Positions 52,509-61,762 of a stretch of 64,000 bases of DNA are shown here, piece after piece (position 1 is the first letter of the stretch; every line of letters starts with the position of its first letter). The translations under genes were made by a program, and so were the position numbers. The notes under the pieces were generated by a model. That model did not search any database. It was not told the origin of the DNA and saw nothing but the letters and a program-made list of their open reading frames with translations. Origin of the DNA: an uncultured delta proteobacterium. Lineage in GTDB: Bacteria; Desulfobacterota; Binatia; HRBIN30; BPIQ01. Where the stretch lies: the NCBI GenBank assembly GCA_963761335.1, contig CAVXGR010000018.1, positions 128,001 through 192,000 on the forward strand. The letters are read 5' to 3'.

Positions 52509-53309
52509 TCAGCGCCCCTTGAACGAAGGCAGGCGCTTCTCCATCACCGCCCGAATTCCCTCGCGCGCGTCCTCGGTGGCGAAGGTGGCGCTCTGGTTGA
52601 GAGATTCGTAGTCGAGCATCTCTTCCATCGAGTGGTTGACGCCGCGGTAGATCGACTTCTTGACCATGCGCGCCACCAGCGGCGCGGCGGCGGCGATCTC
52701 GCTGGCGAGAGTGTGCACGGCGCCGGCGAACTCTTCGCGCCCCACGGCTCGGTTGACAATGCCGAGAGACGCGGCCTCGGCGCCATCGATGAGTCGGCCG
52801 GTGAAGAACAGCTCGCAGGCGCGTGCCGTTCCCACCAGCCGGGGAAGGCTGTAGGTGGCGCCCATCCCCGGATGGAGGCCCAGCTTGGCGAAGGTCATTC
52901 CCATCTTGGCGTCGGCGACGGCGATGCGCATGTCGCAGGCGAGGGCGATGCAGAAGCCGGCGCCGATCGCGTGGCCGTTGATCGCGGCGATGGTCGGCAT
53001 CGGCAGGCTGCGGATGCTCAGGTAGCGGCTGTAAAAGTCGCGCGGCGAACCGCCCATGCTGGGTCCGGCGGCCTCGCCGCCGATGCCCGCATCGCGCGCC
53101 AGCATGCTCAGATCGCCCCCGGAGCTGAAGGACTTGCCGGCGCCGGTCAGCACCACGACGCGGGTCTCGGGGTCGGCGCTGAGCTCGGCAACGGCGCGCA
53201 CCACCTCTTCGCCCATCGCCGGGGTCATCGAGTTGCGCGTCTCGGGATGGTTGAAGGTGAGGGTGACGATGCCGCCCTCGCGGCTCAGGGCAATGTGCTC
53301 GTAGGCCAT
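52509..53309 (-). CDS. Enoyl-CoA hydratase/isomerase family protein
   Basis: FSSGGDL, AAINGHAIGAG and ACDMR motifs; C-terminal EKRLPSFKGR. Confidence 0.93.
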   Translation of the reverse strand: MAYEHIALSREGGIVTLTFNHPETRNSMTPAMGEEVVRAVAELSADPETRVVVLTGAGKSFSSGGDLSMLARDAGIGGEAAGPSMGGSPRDFYSRYLSIRSLPMPTIAAINGHAIGAGFCIALACDMRIAVADAKMGMTFAKLGLHPGMGATYSLPRLVGTARACELFFTGRLIDGAEAASLGIVNRAVGREEFAGAVHTLASEIAAAAPLVARMVKKSIYRGVNHSMEEMLDYESLNQSATFATEDAREGIRAVMEKRLPSFKGR

Positions 53310-53408
53310 GGGGCGCTTGTAGCCAAGCGGCGGAATCGAGTCAAAATGAGGCACCGGCGTCGGCGCTCGCATTGACGAGCTTCGCCGCTCGTGGCTACCC
53401 TCCGCCTC

Positions 53409-54062
53409 GTGCGGTTCCTCCTGGCGCTCGCCGTCCTCGCCGTCCTGCTGTTTCTCCTGCGGGTGCCGCTGTTGCGCGCCATCGGTCGCTCCCTGGTGGT
53501 CTCCGACGCCCCGGCGCACGCCGACGCCATCGTCGTGCTTTCCGGGTCGATTCCGGACCGCATCCTCTGGGGAGCCGACCTCTACCGCCAGGGAATGGCG
53601 CCGCGCCTGGTGCTGACGCGCGAGGTGGAGGCGCCCGGCCTCGCGGAGCTGCGGGAGCGCGGGCTCGACCTGCCGGAGCGCAGCGATATCAACCTGACCC
53701 TGGCGCAGGAGCTCGGCGTTCCCCGCGGCGCCATTGACGTCGTCGGCCGCCCCGCGAGTAGCACCATCAGCGAGATCTCCTCGCTGCTGCCGGAGCTGCG
53801 GCGGCTGGGCGTCCACTCGCTTCTGCTGGTGACCTCGAAGACGCACTCCCGGCGCGCCGCCACCATCTTCCGCGCCCTCGCCGGCGGCGAGTTCTCCCTG
53901 CGCGTGTGCCCGACGCCCTACGACACCTTCTCCGCCGAAGACTGGTGGCGCCATCGCGAGGTGGCCCGGCGGGTGATCACCGAGTCCGCGAAGTGGCTGC
54001 TGTTCGAGCTGGTCGACCGCTGGCGGACTCAGAGCTTTCTCGACCGCGGAAGCGGAAAATGA
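53409..54062 (+). CDS. YdcF/DUF218 family membrane-anchored protein
   Basis: N-terminal TM; ADAIVVLSG, ST..E, LLVTSKTHSRRA and E..K motifs. Start is 53409 or 53391. Confidence 0.85.
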   Translation: MRFLLALAVLAVLLFLLRVPLLRAIGRSLVVSDAPAHADAIVVLSGSIPDRILWGADLYRQGMAPRLVLTREVEAPGLAELRERGLDLPERSDINLTLAQELGVPRGAIDVVGRPASSTISEISSLLPELRRLGVHSLLLVTSKTHSRRAATIFRALAGGEFSLRVCPTPYDTFSAEDWWRHREVARRVITESAKWLLFELVDRWRTQSFLDRGSGK

Positions 54063-54346
54063 GCGAGCAGATCATTCCCATCTTCCTGCGGCTTCACCCG
54101 CGCGATATCGCCATGGCGAAGTTCGTCTTCGAGTCCTACGAGGGGGTGGCCGTAGTGCGCACGCTCGACCGGCGCGCCGCCGTCATCGTGGTGCTCGCGG
54201 TCGCCGACTTCGCCAACGTCGCCCGCGACATCGTGGTCTCGCTGCACGCCGCGATGGAGCTGGAGGAGATCGCGCCGCCGGCGGATGTCGGCGCTGATTG
54301 GCTGCTGGCGGCGCTCGCGAGTGAAGAGGAAGAGAATGTAAAATGA
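54059..54346 (+). CDS. DUF4911-like protein
   Basis: DIAMAKFVFESYEGVAVVRTLD pattern; ATGA overlap with the upstream gene. Confidence 0.75.
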   Translation: MSEQIIPIFLRLHPRDIAMAKFVFESYEGVAVVRTLDRRAAVIVVLAVADFANVARDIVVSLHAAMELEEIAPPADVGADWLLAALASEEEENVK

Positions 54347-54463
54347 AGAACGGGTGACCGGTGATGGAGAACCGGGCAACCGACTGCGAACCCGGGCGCC
54401 TCAACCGAGATCATTTGCCGGTTCTTCCATCACCGGTCACCGGCTCTCCATATTACATTCTCT
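54331..54463. repeat. ~49-bp imperfect inverted repeat with 7-nt periodicity spanning two convergent stop codons
   Basis: 54331-54379 matches the reverse complement of 54415-54463. Confidence 0.8.
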
Positions 54464-55250
54464 TCTTTTCCTCCGGCGGGCCGCTCTTCTCTTCCTCGGG
54501 CTCTTCCTCGGGCTCTTCCTCGGGCGGGGCCTTGGGCCGGTGAACGGCCCAGGCGACGCCGATGCTCAGGCCGTAGAGTACCAGCAAGGGCGCCGCCATC
54601 AGCAGCTGCGAGGCGACGTCCGGCGGGGTGAGGACGGCGGCGATGATGAAGATGATCAGCACCGCGTAGCGGCCGAAGCGGATCATCGTGTGATGCGTCA
54701 CCAGCCCGGTGCGGGCCAGGAAGAAGGTTCCCACGGGCAGCTCGAAGGTCAGGCCGAATGCCAGCAGCAAGCGCGAGCTGAAGGTCAGGTACTCGCTGAT
54801 GCGGATGGTCGGCTGCACGCCGATCGATTGGTACTCGTTGATGAAGAAGACGAAGCCGACGGGGAAGATGATCTCGTAGCAGAAGACGGCGCCGATGAGA
54901 AAGAAGATGGTCCCGAAGATGACGAAAGGGCGGGCGTAGGATTTCTCGTGCTCGAGCAGGCCGGGGACCACGAAGGCCCAGACCTGGTAGAGGATGATCG
55001 GCAAGGCGAAGAACACCGAGGCGATGAAGGCCACCTTGAGCTTGGTGACGAAGGCCTCGATCATGCCGGTGCCGATGAGCTCCACCTGACCCGTCTGCAC
55101 GGCGAGCAGGGGTCGGGTGAGGATATTGAAGAACAGCTCGGAGAAGTTGTAGCAGCCGATGAAGGCCACGCCGATCGCGGCGATCGATACGATCAGGCGC
55201 CAGCGCAGCTCTTCGAGGTGCGCCGTCAATGGCATTTTCACGTCTGCCAT
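54453..55250 (-). CDS. tatC: Twin-arginine translocase subunit TatC
   Basis: HLEELR.RL, YQVWAFVVPGL, FELP and TPPD..SQ motifs. Confidence 0.96.
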   Translation of the reverse strand: MADVKMPLTAHLEELRWRLIVSIAAIGVAFIGCYNFSELFFNILTRPLLAVQTGQVELIGTGMIEAFVTKLKVAFIASVFFALPIILYQVWAFVVPGLLEHEKSYARPFVIFGTIFFLIGAVFCYEIIFPVGFVFFINEYQSIGVQPTIRISEYLTFSSRLLLAFGLTFELPVGTFFLARTGLVTHHTMIRFGRYAVLIIFIIAAVLTPPDVASQLLMAAPLLVLYGLSIGVAWAVHRPKAPPEEEPEEEPEEEKSGPPEEKKRM

Positions 55251-55378
55251 CGGTCAGCTCAAGATTCGCGAACGGCGGTGCGGTCGGTCACGCGGCGGAG
55301 TCGGAGAGTGGTCAGGGATGGGCGCGGGCCTCGGCGCTCGAGAGGCGCGGCCGCACCCGCACCCGGCGTCGGGGAAGA

Positions 55379-55711
55379 TCACGCCTCGGCGTCGTCGCCT
55401 TGGTGATCGCCGTCGCTGCCGGCGGGGGCGGTGCCGCCGGCCTTGGTGGCGTCTGCGGTGGCCGGTGCGGCTGCCGCAGACGGCGCCTTCTGGGGCATTG
55501 CGGCGCGCGCGTGTCGCTCCGCCTGGCGCGCCTCGCGCTCGATCGTCTGCCGCGTTTCGGTGAACTCACTGGTCAGATCCGCAGTTGCCTTGCGGAACTC
55601 GGCCAGCGCCTTGCCGAGCCCCTTGGCGACCTCGGGGAGACGCGACGGACCGAGAACGATCAGAGCGATCACCAAGATGACGACCAGCTCCGGCATGCCG
55701 ATACCAAACAT
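55379..55711 (-). CDS. tatB: Twin-arginine translocase subunit TatB/TatA
   Basis: MFGIGMPEL...[15 protein letters not shown]; upstream of tatC. Confidence 0.85.
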   Translation of the reverse strand: MFGIGMPELVVILVIALIVLGPSRLPEVAKGLGKALAEFRKATADLTSEFTETRQTIEREARQAERHARAAMPQKAPSAAAAPATADATKAGGTAPAGSDGDHQGDDAEA

Positions 55712-55735
55712 GGGTGGGACCTCGACTGACTGGAG

Positions 55736-55764
55736 ACGCTAGAGCAACGTCGATGGGCTGTCAA
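55736..55764 (-). promoter_or_regulatory. Sigma70-type promoter of tatBC
   Basis: TTGACA-17nt-TAGCGT on the minus strand. Confidence 0.6.
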
Positions 55765-55815
55765 ATGGCCGCAGCTCGCGTTTACTGCTCAAAAGCCGGG
55801 TGCTAAGAGTCCCAC

Positions 55816-56841
55816 ATGCGGCGCACCGGCGTGGTGATCGACGAAAGGTACCTGCAGCACGATACCGGGCCGGGGCACCCGGAACGCCCCGAGCGGATCC
55901 GGGTGCTCGTCGACATGATCCGCCAGCGGCCCACCGAGGTGACTCTGGTGCCGCCGCGCTTGGCGACCGCCGACGAGCTGGCGCTGGTGCACGAGGGCTG
56001 GCACGTGGAGCGGGTCGCCGCGACTCGGGAGATGCCCCGCTACGCCTTCGACGCCGACACGCCGACCTCGCCCGAATCCTACGAGGTGGCGCGGCTGGCG
56101 GCCGGCGGATTTCTGGCCCTGCTGGACGAGATCGTCGCCGGCCGGTTGGACAACGGCTTCGCCTTGGTGCGGCCGCCCGGGCATCACGCCGAGCGCACCC
56201 GCGCCATGGGCTTCTGTCTATTCAACAACGTCGCCGTGGGGGCGGAGTACCTGCGCCGGCGCCACGGCGTGGAGCGCGTCCTGATCGTGGACTGGGACCT
56301 GCACCACGGCAACGGCACGCAACACATCTTCGAGCGCGATCCGTCCGTGCTCTACCTCTCCACCCACCAGTACCCCTACTACCCCGGGACCGGCGCTGCC
56401 GACGAGGTGGGCCAGGGCGAAGGGAAGGGGGGCACGGTCAATCTGCCGTTCCCGGCCGGGTTCGGGGATGCGGAGTACGCCGAGGCCTTTCGCCAGGTGA
56501 TCGAGCCGGTGGCGCGGCAGTTCGCGCCGCAGTTCGTGCTCATCTCCGCCGGGTTCGACTGCCACGCCCGCGATCCGCTCGGCGGCATGGTGGTGACCGA
56601 GACGGGGTTCCGCTCGATGACCCGGCTGCTCCTGCAGATCGCCGACGATTGCAGCGGCGGCCGCTGCGCCGCCATCCTGGAGGGTGGCTACGATCTGCTC
56701 GCCATTCGCGACTCGGCGGCTGCCGTCATTGACGAGCTCCGCGGAGAGCGACCGCCTCTGGATCTCCCCAGGGCGGCCCCCGCCGCGGCGGCACTGCTGC
56801 GGCAGGTGCGGGCGGCGCAGAGCGATTTCTGGTCTCTCTAG
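55816..56841 (+). CDS. Histone deacetylase family (class II-like) amidohydrolase
   Basis: HPERPER, RPPGHHA, GFCLFNN, DWDLHHGNGTQ, SAGFD and LEGGY motifs. Confidence 0.94.
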   Translation: MRRTGVVIDERYLQHDTGPGHPERPERIRVLVDMIRQRPTEVTLVPPRLATADELALVHEGWHVERVAATREMPRYAFDADTPTSPESYEVARLAAGGFLALLDEIVAGRLDNGFALVRPPGHHAERTRAMGFCLFNNVAVGAEYLRRRHGVERVLIVDWDLHHGNGTQHIFERDPSVLYLSTHQYPYYPGTGAADEVGQGEGKGGTVNLPFPAGFGDAEYAEAFRQVIEPVARQFAPQFVLISAGFDCHARDPLGGMVVTETGFRSMTRLLLQIADDCSGGRCAAILEGGYDLLAIRDSAAAVIDELRGERPPLDLPRAAPAAAALLRQVRAAQSDFWSL

Positions 56842-56867
56842 ACCGTGCGATTCCGGGCGAAGGTCTG

Positions 56868-58670
56868 TTGAGAGGTACTCCCAAAGTCCTCGGGGCCGCC
56901 TCGCCGTCGCCGTGGTGGCTGGCTGCCGGCGTCGGCTTTCTCGCTCTCCTGGCCTACGCCAATTCGCTCGCCAACGGCTTCGTATGGGATGACCCGATCA
57001 TCCTCTCACGCCAGCTGCCCCTCTTCCAGAGTCTCCGCGACGTACTCCTGCCTCCGGCCGACATCCCGCAGTTCGCCCCCGACTACTACCGTCCGCTGGT
57101 GATCGGCTCTCTTCTCTTCGACAACTGGCTCGGCGGTGGCAGCCCTCTGCCCTTTCACCTCACCGTGGTCGTGGCGCACTGCCTGGCGAGCATCGCGGTC
57201 TTCTTCTTCGGATTTGAGCTGTTTGGCGCCGGCACCCGCGATGCGCCGGGCGAGCCCGCGGCCTCCCTGGCGGCGGCGATCGGCGCGGCGCTGTTTGCGG
57301 TGCATCCGATTCACACCGAGGCGGTCGCCTGGATTGCGGGCCGGACCGACGTCTTTGCCACCCTGTTTGCGGCCACTGCGGCCGCTGCCCATCTGGCGGC
57401 GCGCCGCCGGCCACGCCTGGCACTGGTGACCGGTCTGGCGCTGCTTCTGGCGCTGCTCTCGAAGGAAGTGGCGATCGCCATGGTGGTGCTCCTGCCGGCA
57501 ATCGACGTACTTCTGCCGCAGCCCGCCGCCGCGGAAAGATCCGGCCGGCGGCGTGCCGCTGCGCCGGCGTCGTCGTCGGCGGCGTCGGCCATCGTCTGGC
57601 GCTATGCGCCGGTGGCCGCCGCCCTGCTCGTGTATGCAGGGTTGCGCCTGGCGGCGCTCGGCATGGTCCGCGGCGAGGACGTTGCCCGCGGAGTTCCGTT
57701 TGTGGGTCACATCCTGGCGGCTGCCAGCTTCTACCTCACGAAGCTGGTCGCCCCGATCGGGCTCAACACCCATGTGGCATCCTTCCCTTCCGGCTGGATG
57801 GCAGTCAGCGCGGGGGCCGCGATGCTGGCGGGGATTGTCGCCGCCGGGTTGTTGGCGGCACGGGGGGGGCAAGGAGCAATTGCAGTGCTGCTGCTGTGGC
57901 TGGCCGCGGGCATCGCTCCCTCGCTGGCGATCCTGGTGAAGATCCCCGAGGCACCGGTGGCAGAGCGCTATCTCTACCTGCCGTCGGTGGGCTTCTGCCT
58001 GCTTCTCGGTCGCGGCGCCGTCTTCCTCCTGGCGCGCGGCGGGGCGCGCCTGCGGCCACTGCTGGCGGGGGCGCTGCTGGCTCTGCTGGCCGCCGGGACG
58101 GCGTCGACGGCGATCCGCAACCGCGTCTGGCGGAGTGATCTGGCTCTGTGGAGCGATACCGCGGAGAAGAGCCCGGAAGAGGGCATGCCGGCGCGCAGTC
58201 TGGGTGTCGCTCTGCAGAAGCTGGGGCGGTTCGACGAGGCGATCGCCGCCTACGAGCGGGCCCTCACCAAGCGCAACGACGCCAATGGGCGGGTCACCAT
58301 CTACAACAACCTCGGCAGCATCGCCCTCAGTCGCGGCGATCTCGACAGCGCCGAGCGCTACTATCGCCAGGCGATGGCGATCGCCCCGGTCGCCGACTGC
58401 CTCTTCAACCTCGGCGCCATCTATCTCACTCGGGCCCAGCGGGCTGACGACGACGCCGAGCGGCGGCGTCAGGCCGAGGAGGGACGGAAGATCCTCGAGC
58501 GGGCGGCGCGAACCAGCCCTCTGGATCCGGACACGCAGGTGGCTCTGGGACAGATCTTCGACGTGCTCGGGCAGCCGGCCTCCGCCGGCGAGCACTACCG
58601 GCGCGCCCTGCAGCTGGGAATCGACGCACAACGCGCCGAGCAGATCCGCCACCTGCTCTCGTCGCGGTAG
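56868..58670 (+). CDS. TMTC-like GT-C glycosyltransferase with C-terminal TPRs
   Basis: FVWDD, YYRPL, HPIHTEAVAWIAGR, SKE and AERYLYLP motifs; many TM segments; TPR repeats. Confidence 0.85.
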   Translation: MRGTPKVLGAASPSPWWLAAGVGFLALLAYANSLANGFVWDDPIILSRQLPLFQSLRDVLLPPADIPQFAPDYYRPLVIGSLLFDNWLGGGSPLPFHLTVVVAHCLASIAVFFFGFELFGAGTRDAPGEPAASLAAAIGAALFAVHPIHTEAVAWIAGRTDVFATLFAATAAAAHLAARRRPRLALVTGLALLLALLSKEVAIAMVVLLPAIDVLLPQPAAAERSGRRRAAAPASSSAASAIVWRYAPVAAALLVYAGLRLAALGMVRGEDVARGVPFVGHILAAASFYLTKLVAPIGLNTHVASFPSGWMAVSAGAAMLAGIVAAGLLAARGGQGAIAVLLLWLAAGIAPSLAILVKIPEAPVAERYLYLPSVGFCLLLGRGAVFLLARGGARLRPLLAGALLALLAAGTASTAIRNRVWRSDLALWSDTAEKSPEEGMPARSLGVALQKLGRFDEAIAAYERALTKRNDANGRVTIYNNLGSIALSRGDLDSAERYYRQAMAIAPVADCLFNLGAIYLTRAQRADDDAERRRQAEEGRKILERAARTSPLDPDTQVALGQIFDVLGQPASAGEHYRRALQLGIDAQRAEQIRHLLSSR

Positions 58671-58716
58671 CGCCGAGCCGACTCCCCGTCTTGCCGCGAG
58701 GGAGGGGTGAGAAGAG

Positions 58717-58743
58717 GAGAGGTCCCGCTGGCCGGGACCTCTC
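58717..58743 (-). terminator. Hairpin downstream of tRNA-Gly, possibly bidirectional
   Basis: 11-bp stem GAGAGGTCCCG/CGGGACCTCTC with a 5-nt loop; weak U-tract. Confidence 0.6.
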
Positions 58744-58749
58744 GATGAG

Positions 58750-58823
58750 AGCGGGCGACCGGGATCGAACCGGCGACTTCAACCTTGGCAAGGTTGCGCT
58801 CTAGCCAGCTGAGCTACGCCCGC
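58750..58823 (-). tRNA. tRNA-Gly(GCC), CCA not encoded
   Basis: GCGGGCGTAGCTCAGCTGGCTAGAGCGCAACCTTGCCAAGGTTGAAGTCGCCGGTTCGATCCCGGTCGCCCGCT folds as a cloverleaf. Confidence 0.97.
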
Positions 58824-58834
58824 GGAATGCGGGG

Positions 58835-58863
58835 AGATTAGCGGAGGGTTGTGGGCATGTCAA
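58835..58863 (-). promoter_or_regulatory. Sigma70-type promoter of tRNA-Gly
   Basis: TTGACA-17nt-TAATCT on the minus strand. Confidence 0.75.
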
Positions 58864-58998
58864 AGCGGTTCCGCGCCGCCGGGCGCCCTGCAGTTGACCC
58901 CGGGCGCCCCCCCTTGCTCCAGCGAAGGTCATCAGACACCATGGTCCTCAGAGACAGGGCCGATCGAATACAAGAGAGAGGTGGATCGTCTTACTGTC

Positions 58999-59466
58999 AT
59001 GAACCGAGTCAAGAAACACGATCTCCCCAAGCGCAAAGTTGCCGCACGGCTGCGGCGGATGGGGCTCGAAGTCAAGTCCCAGCTGCCGGGCAGTGGGTTC
59101 GACTTTCTGGTGAATGGGCGGCTGCGCGTCGCCCTCAAGGTCGCTCTGCCGCATCGAACCACGCACCGAGTGGTTTCGCGCGGGCGCCGTTACACCTACC
59201 GGTATCGAACCTGGCACTTCAACTTCCACCGCCACGGGCGTCTCGATCGCCGCTATGCCGACTTCGTCGTCTGCGTGGCGCACAACAGTCGCCGCAAACG
59301 TCCGGACGACTGCTTCGTGATCCCGTGGGAAGCCATCAGCGGGAAGACCTTCGCTCTCCACGACAGCCGCGAAAAGGCGTATGTCGGACGCTATGCGACC
59401 TACCGCAACGCCTGGACCCTGATCGCCGAGGCGTTTGGCCGCGACGGCTACCGCAAGGTCGCCTGA
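58999..59466 (+). CDS. Basic protein with a degenerate PD-(D/E)XK nuclease-like pattern
   Basis: LRRMGLEV...GFDFLVNGRLRVALK...DFVVCV...FVIP...YRNAW. Confidence 0.6.
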   Translation: MNRVKKHDLPKRKVAARLRRMGLEVKSQLPGSGFDFLVNGRLRVALKVALPHRTTHRVVSRGRRYTYRYRTWHFNFHRHGRLDRRYADFVVCVAHNSRRKRPDDCFVIPWEAISGKTFALHDSREKAYVGRYATYRNAWTLIAEAFGRDGYRKVA

Positions 59467-59582
59467 GCCTCTCCCCGCTCGATCGCTCTTGACTGGAGGG
59501 ACGCGCCGCTTGCCGGCGCGTCCCTTCATTCTCCGATAGCGCTGTTGATTTCCGGCGTTTCCTCCTTGGGGCGGAAGCGTTT

Positions 59583-60716
59583 TCAAGCGCGCAGTATCGA
59601 GCGCAGCTCGCGCGCCAGTACGTCCACGGTTCCGCGAGTGCCGCCGGCGAGCTTGTGGCGCCATTCGGTCTCGGTCTCGAAGCGCTGATCGCCGATGTAC
59701 TCGGCCCATGGGGCGATGGCTTCGCCGATGTCACCGCCGTCGAGCGGGTTGCCGCCGTTGCGGCGCACCGCGGCGATGACGTCGGGCACAACCCGTAGAA
59801 AGGCGCGTAGCGCCATCGCCGTTTTGATGCTGTACTTCTTGCCGCTCCAGGCCTTCGGGAAGGTCTTCGCCACCTGCTTGAAGTAGTTGAGGAAGAATCG
59901 CGACCCGTGCTCGCGGAGCTCGACGGCGAAGCGGCCGCCACCGGATTCGATTGCCGCCTGCACGTTCTTCAGCTCCTCGGCCAGCGGCGACTGGGCGACG
60001 CGGCCCCGGCCGACGCCGAAGAGCTTGATCTCGCCCGCCAGCGGCGAGCTGCTGTCCTCGTTGAGGGTGCGGATGATGTCGTGGCTGGCGGCCAGCATCG
60101 GGTCCGGGTAGAGCCGTCGGCCGGAGAGGCTGATCAGGTGCGACGGGTTGAGCTTGGTGTGCTTGGCGTTGATGGTGACGAACAGCTCCACCACCTGGTC
60201 GGCGCTGAGGCCGTCGAAGACGACGGCGGGGATCTGCACCTCCTCGAGCGTCTGCTGCTCGGCGAGCTCGTGCATGGCCAGCAAGCGGTGCTGGCCGTCG
60301 AGGGCTCGCAGTGTCCCCTCCCCCGGGGGGAGCTGCAGGATGCCGAGGATGCGGTGCGAGCTCACCGGCACGAAGTCGAGACGGCGCTCGGAGACCAGAA
60401 GCACGGCCCCGGGGATCGCCGGCAGAGTGCCGACCTCGGCGCATTGCAGGTAGTAGTCCATCAGCTCGCCGATCTTCTTCTGGATCACCGGGCGCTGGTA
60501 GGCGTCCTCGCTGTGGGCGATCTTCTCCTCGAGCAGCTCCCAGTTGATCTTGGCGCCACGCGCCGTCGTCTTCTTCGGCTTCTTGCCGGAGACGCGCTGG
60601 CCGCTGTAGCTCAGGACCTCGAAGCGAACCAGCTTCTGCACGTCGCTGACGCTGAGGATGGCCTGGTAGAAGGTGACGCCGAACTGGTGAAGCCTCATGG
60701 CCGGGACGGTGATCAT
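59583..60716 (-). CDS. DGQHR-domain (DndB/ParB-Srx superfamily) protein
   Basis: YQR, LDGQHR and FVTIN motifs. Confidence 0.88.
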   Translation of the reverse strand: MITVPAMRLHQFGVTFYQAILSVSDVQKLVRFEVLSYSGQRVSGKKPKKTTARGAKINWELLEEKIAHSEDAYQRPVIQKKIGELMDYYLQCAEVGTLPAIPGAVLLVSERRLDFVPVSSHRILGILQLPPGEGTLRALDGQHRLLAMHELAEQQTLEEVQIPAVVFDGLSADQVVELFVTINAKHTKLNPSHLISLSGRRLYPDPMLAASHDIIRTLNEDSSSPLAGEIKLFGVGRGRVAQSPLAEELKNVQAAIESGGGRFAVELREHGSRFFLNYFKQVAKTFPKAWSGKKYSIKTAMALRAFLRVVPDVIAAVRRNGGNPLDGGDIGEAIAPWAEYIGDQRFETETEWRHKLAGGTRGTVDVLARELRSILRA

Positions 60717-60857
60717 GCACGCGCTCCTCTCCGCGCCCGCTCAGGCGACGCGGGCATTGTCGGCTCTCTTGTCGGAAGAGGGCCCGCCGAGTCAACCTCT
60801 CGGAGTCCGCGATGAGGTTTCTTGCATCCCCTCGGCAACCGGCATATCGGTCGACTG

Positions 60858-61748
60858 ATGGCAGCGAGCTCGGGAAAGGCGTTGCGACTGGGGCTGGTGC
60901 AGATGGCCTGCGGGGATGACCCGGGTGCCAACCTGCGCAAGGCCGTCGAGCAGATCGGCGAAGCGGCGGGGCAGGGCGCGGACGTCGTCTGTCTCCAGGA
61001 GCTCTTCCGCTCGCGCTACTTCTGCCAGAAGGAAGATGCCGCGCTCTTCGACCTCGCCGAGTCGATTCCGGGGCCGACCACCGAGGCGATCTCGCGCGCC
61101 GCTGCCGCGCACCGGGTCGGTGTGATCGCCTCCATCTTCGAGCGCCGCGCCCCCGGTCTCTATCACAACACCGCGGTTCTGATCGGCGCCGACGGAACCA
61201 TCCGCGGCAAGTACCGCAAGATGCACATCCCCGACGATCCCCTCTACTACGAGAAGTTCTACTTCGCCCCGGGCGACCTCGGATTCCAGAGCTTCCCGCT
61301 GGGCGAGGCGCGCCTCGGTACCCTGGTCTGCTGGGATCAGTGGTTTCCCGAAGCGGCGCGCCTGACGGCGCTGGCCGGCGCCCAGGTGCTCTTCTATCCC
61401 ACGGCGATCGGTTGGCACGCCGCCGAGAAGGCGGAGCTCGGGGCGGCGCAGCACGAGGCGTGGGAGCTGATGCAGCGCAGTCACGCGGTCGCCAACGGCG
61501 TCTTCGTGGCGGTCGCCAACCGCGTCGGCGTCGAGGGCGGCCTCGAGTTTTGGGGGGCGTCGTTCATCGCCGACCCCTTCGGCCGGGTGCTGGCGCGCGG
61601 CAGCAACGACCGCGAGGAGATCGTCATCGCCGACTGCGACCTGCGGCTGATCGACGAGACGCGGCGCCACTGGCCCTTCCTGCGCGACCGCCGCATCGAC
61701 GCCTATGGCGGCCTGCTGCAGCGCTTCCTGGATCGCACCGGCGATTGA
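60858..61748 (+). CDS. aguB: Carbon-nitrogen hydrolase, probable N-carbamoylputrescine amidase
   Basis: LQELF, YRKMHIP and CWDQWFPE (E-K-C triad); next to agmatine deiminase. Confidence 0.88.
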   Translation: MAASSGKALRLGLVQMACGDDPGANLRKAVEQIGEAAGQGADVVCLQELFRSRYFCQKEDAALFDLAESIPGPTTEAISRAAAAHRVGVIASIFERRAPGLYHNTAVLIGADGTIRGKYRKMHIPDDPLYYEKFYFAPGDLGFQSFPLGEARLGTLVCWDQWFPEAARLTALAGAQVLFYPTAIGWHAAEKAELGAAQHEAWELMQRSHAVANGVFVAVANRVGVEGGLEFWGASFIADPFGRVLARGSNDREEIVIADCDLRLIDETRRHWPFLRDRRIDAYGGLLQRFLDRTGD

Positions 61749-61762
61749 GCCTGCCCACCCCG

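Noticed and set aside
58750..60716. tRNA-anchored defence island or prophage
   Set aside because: The DGQHR pair lies on the tRNA 5' side. No integrase, no duplicated tRNA 3' end and no obvious compositional shift were seen.
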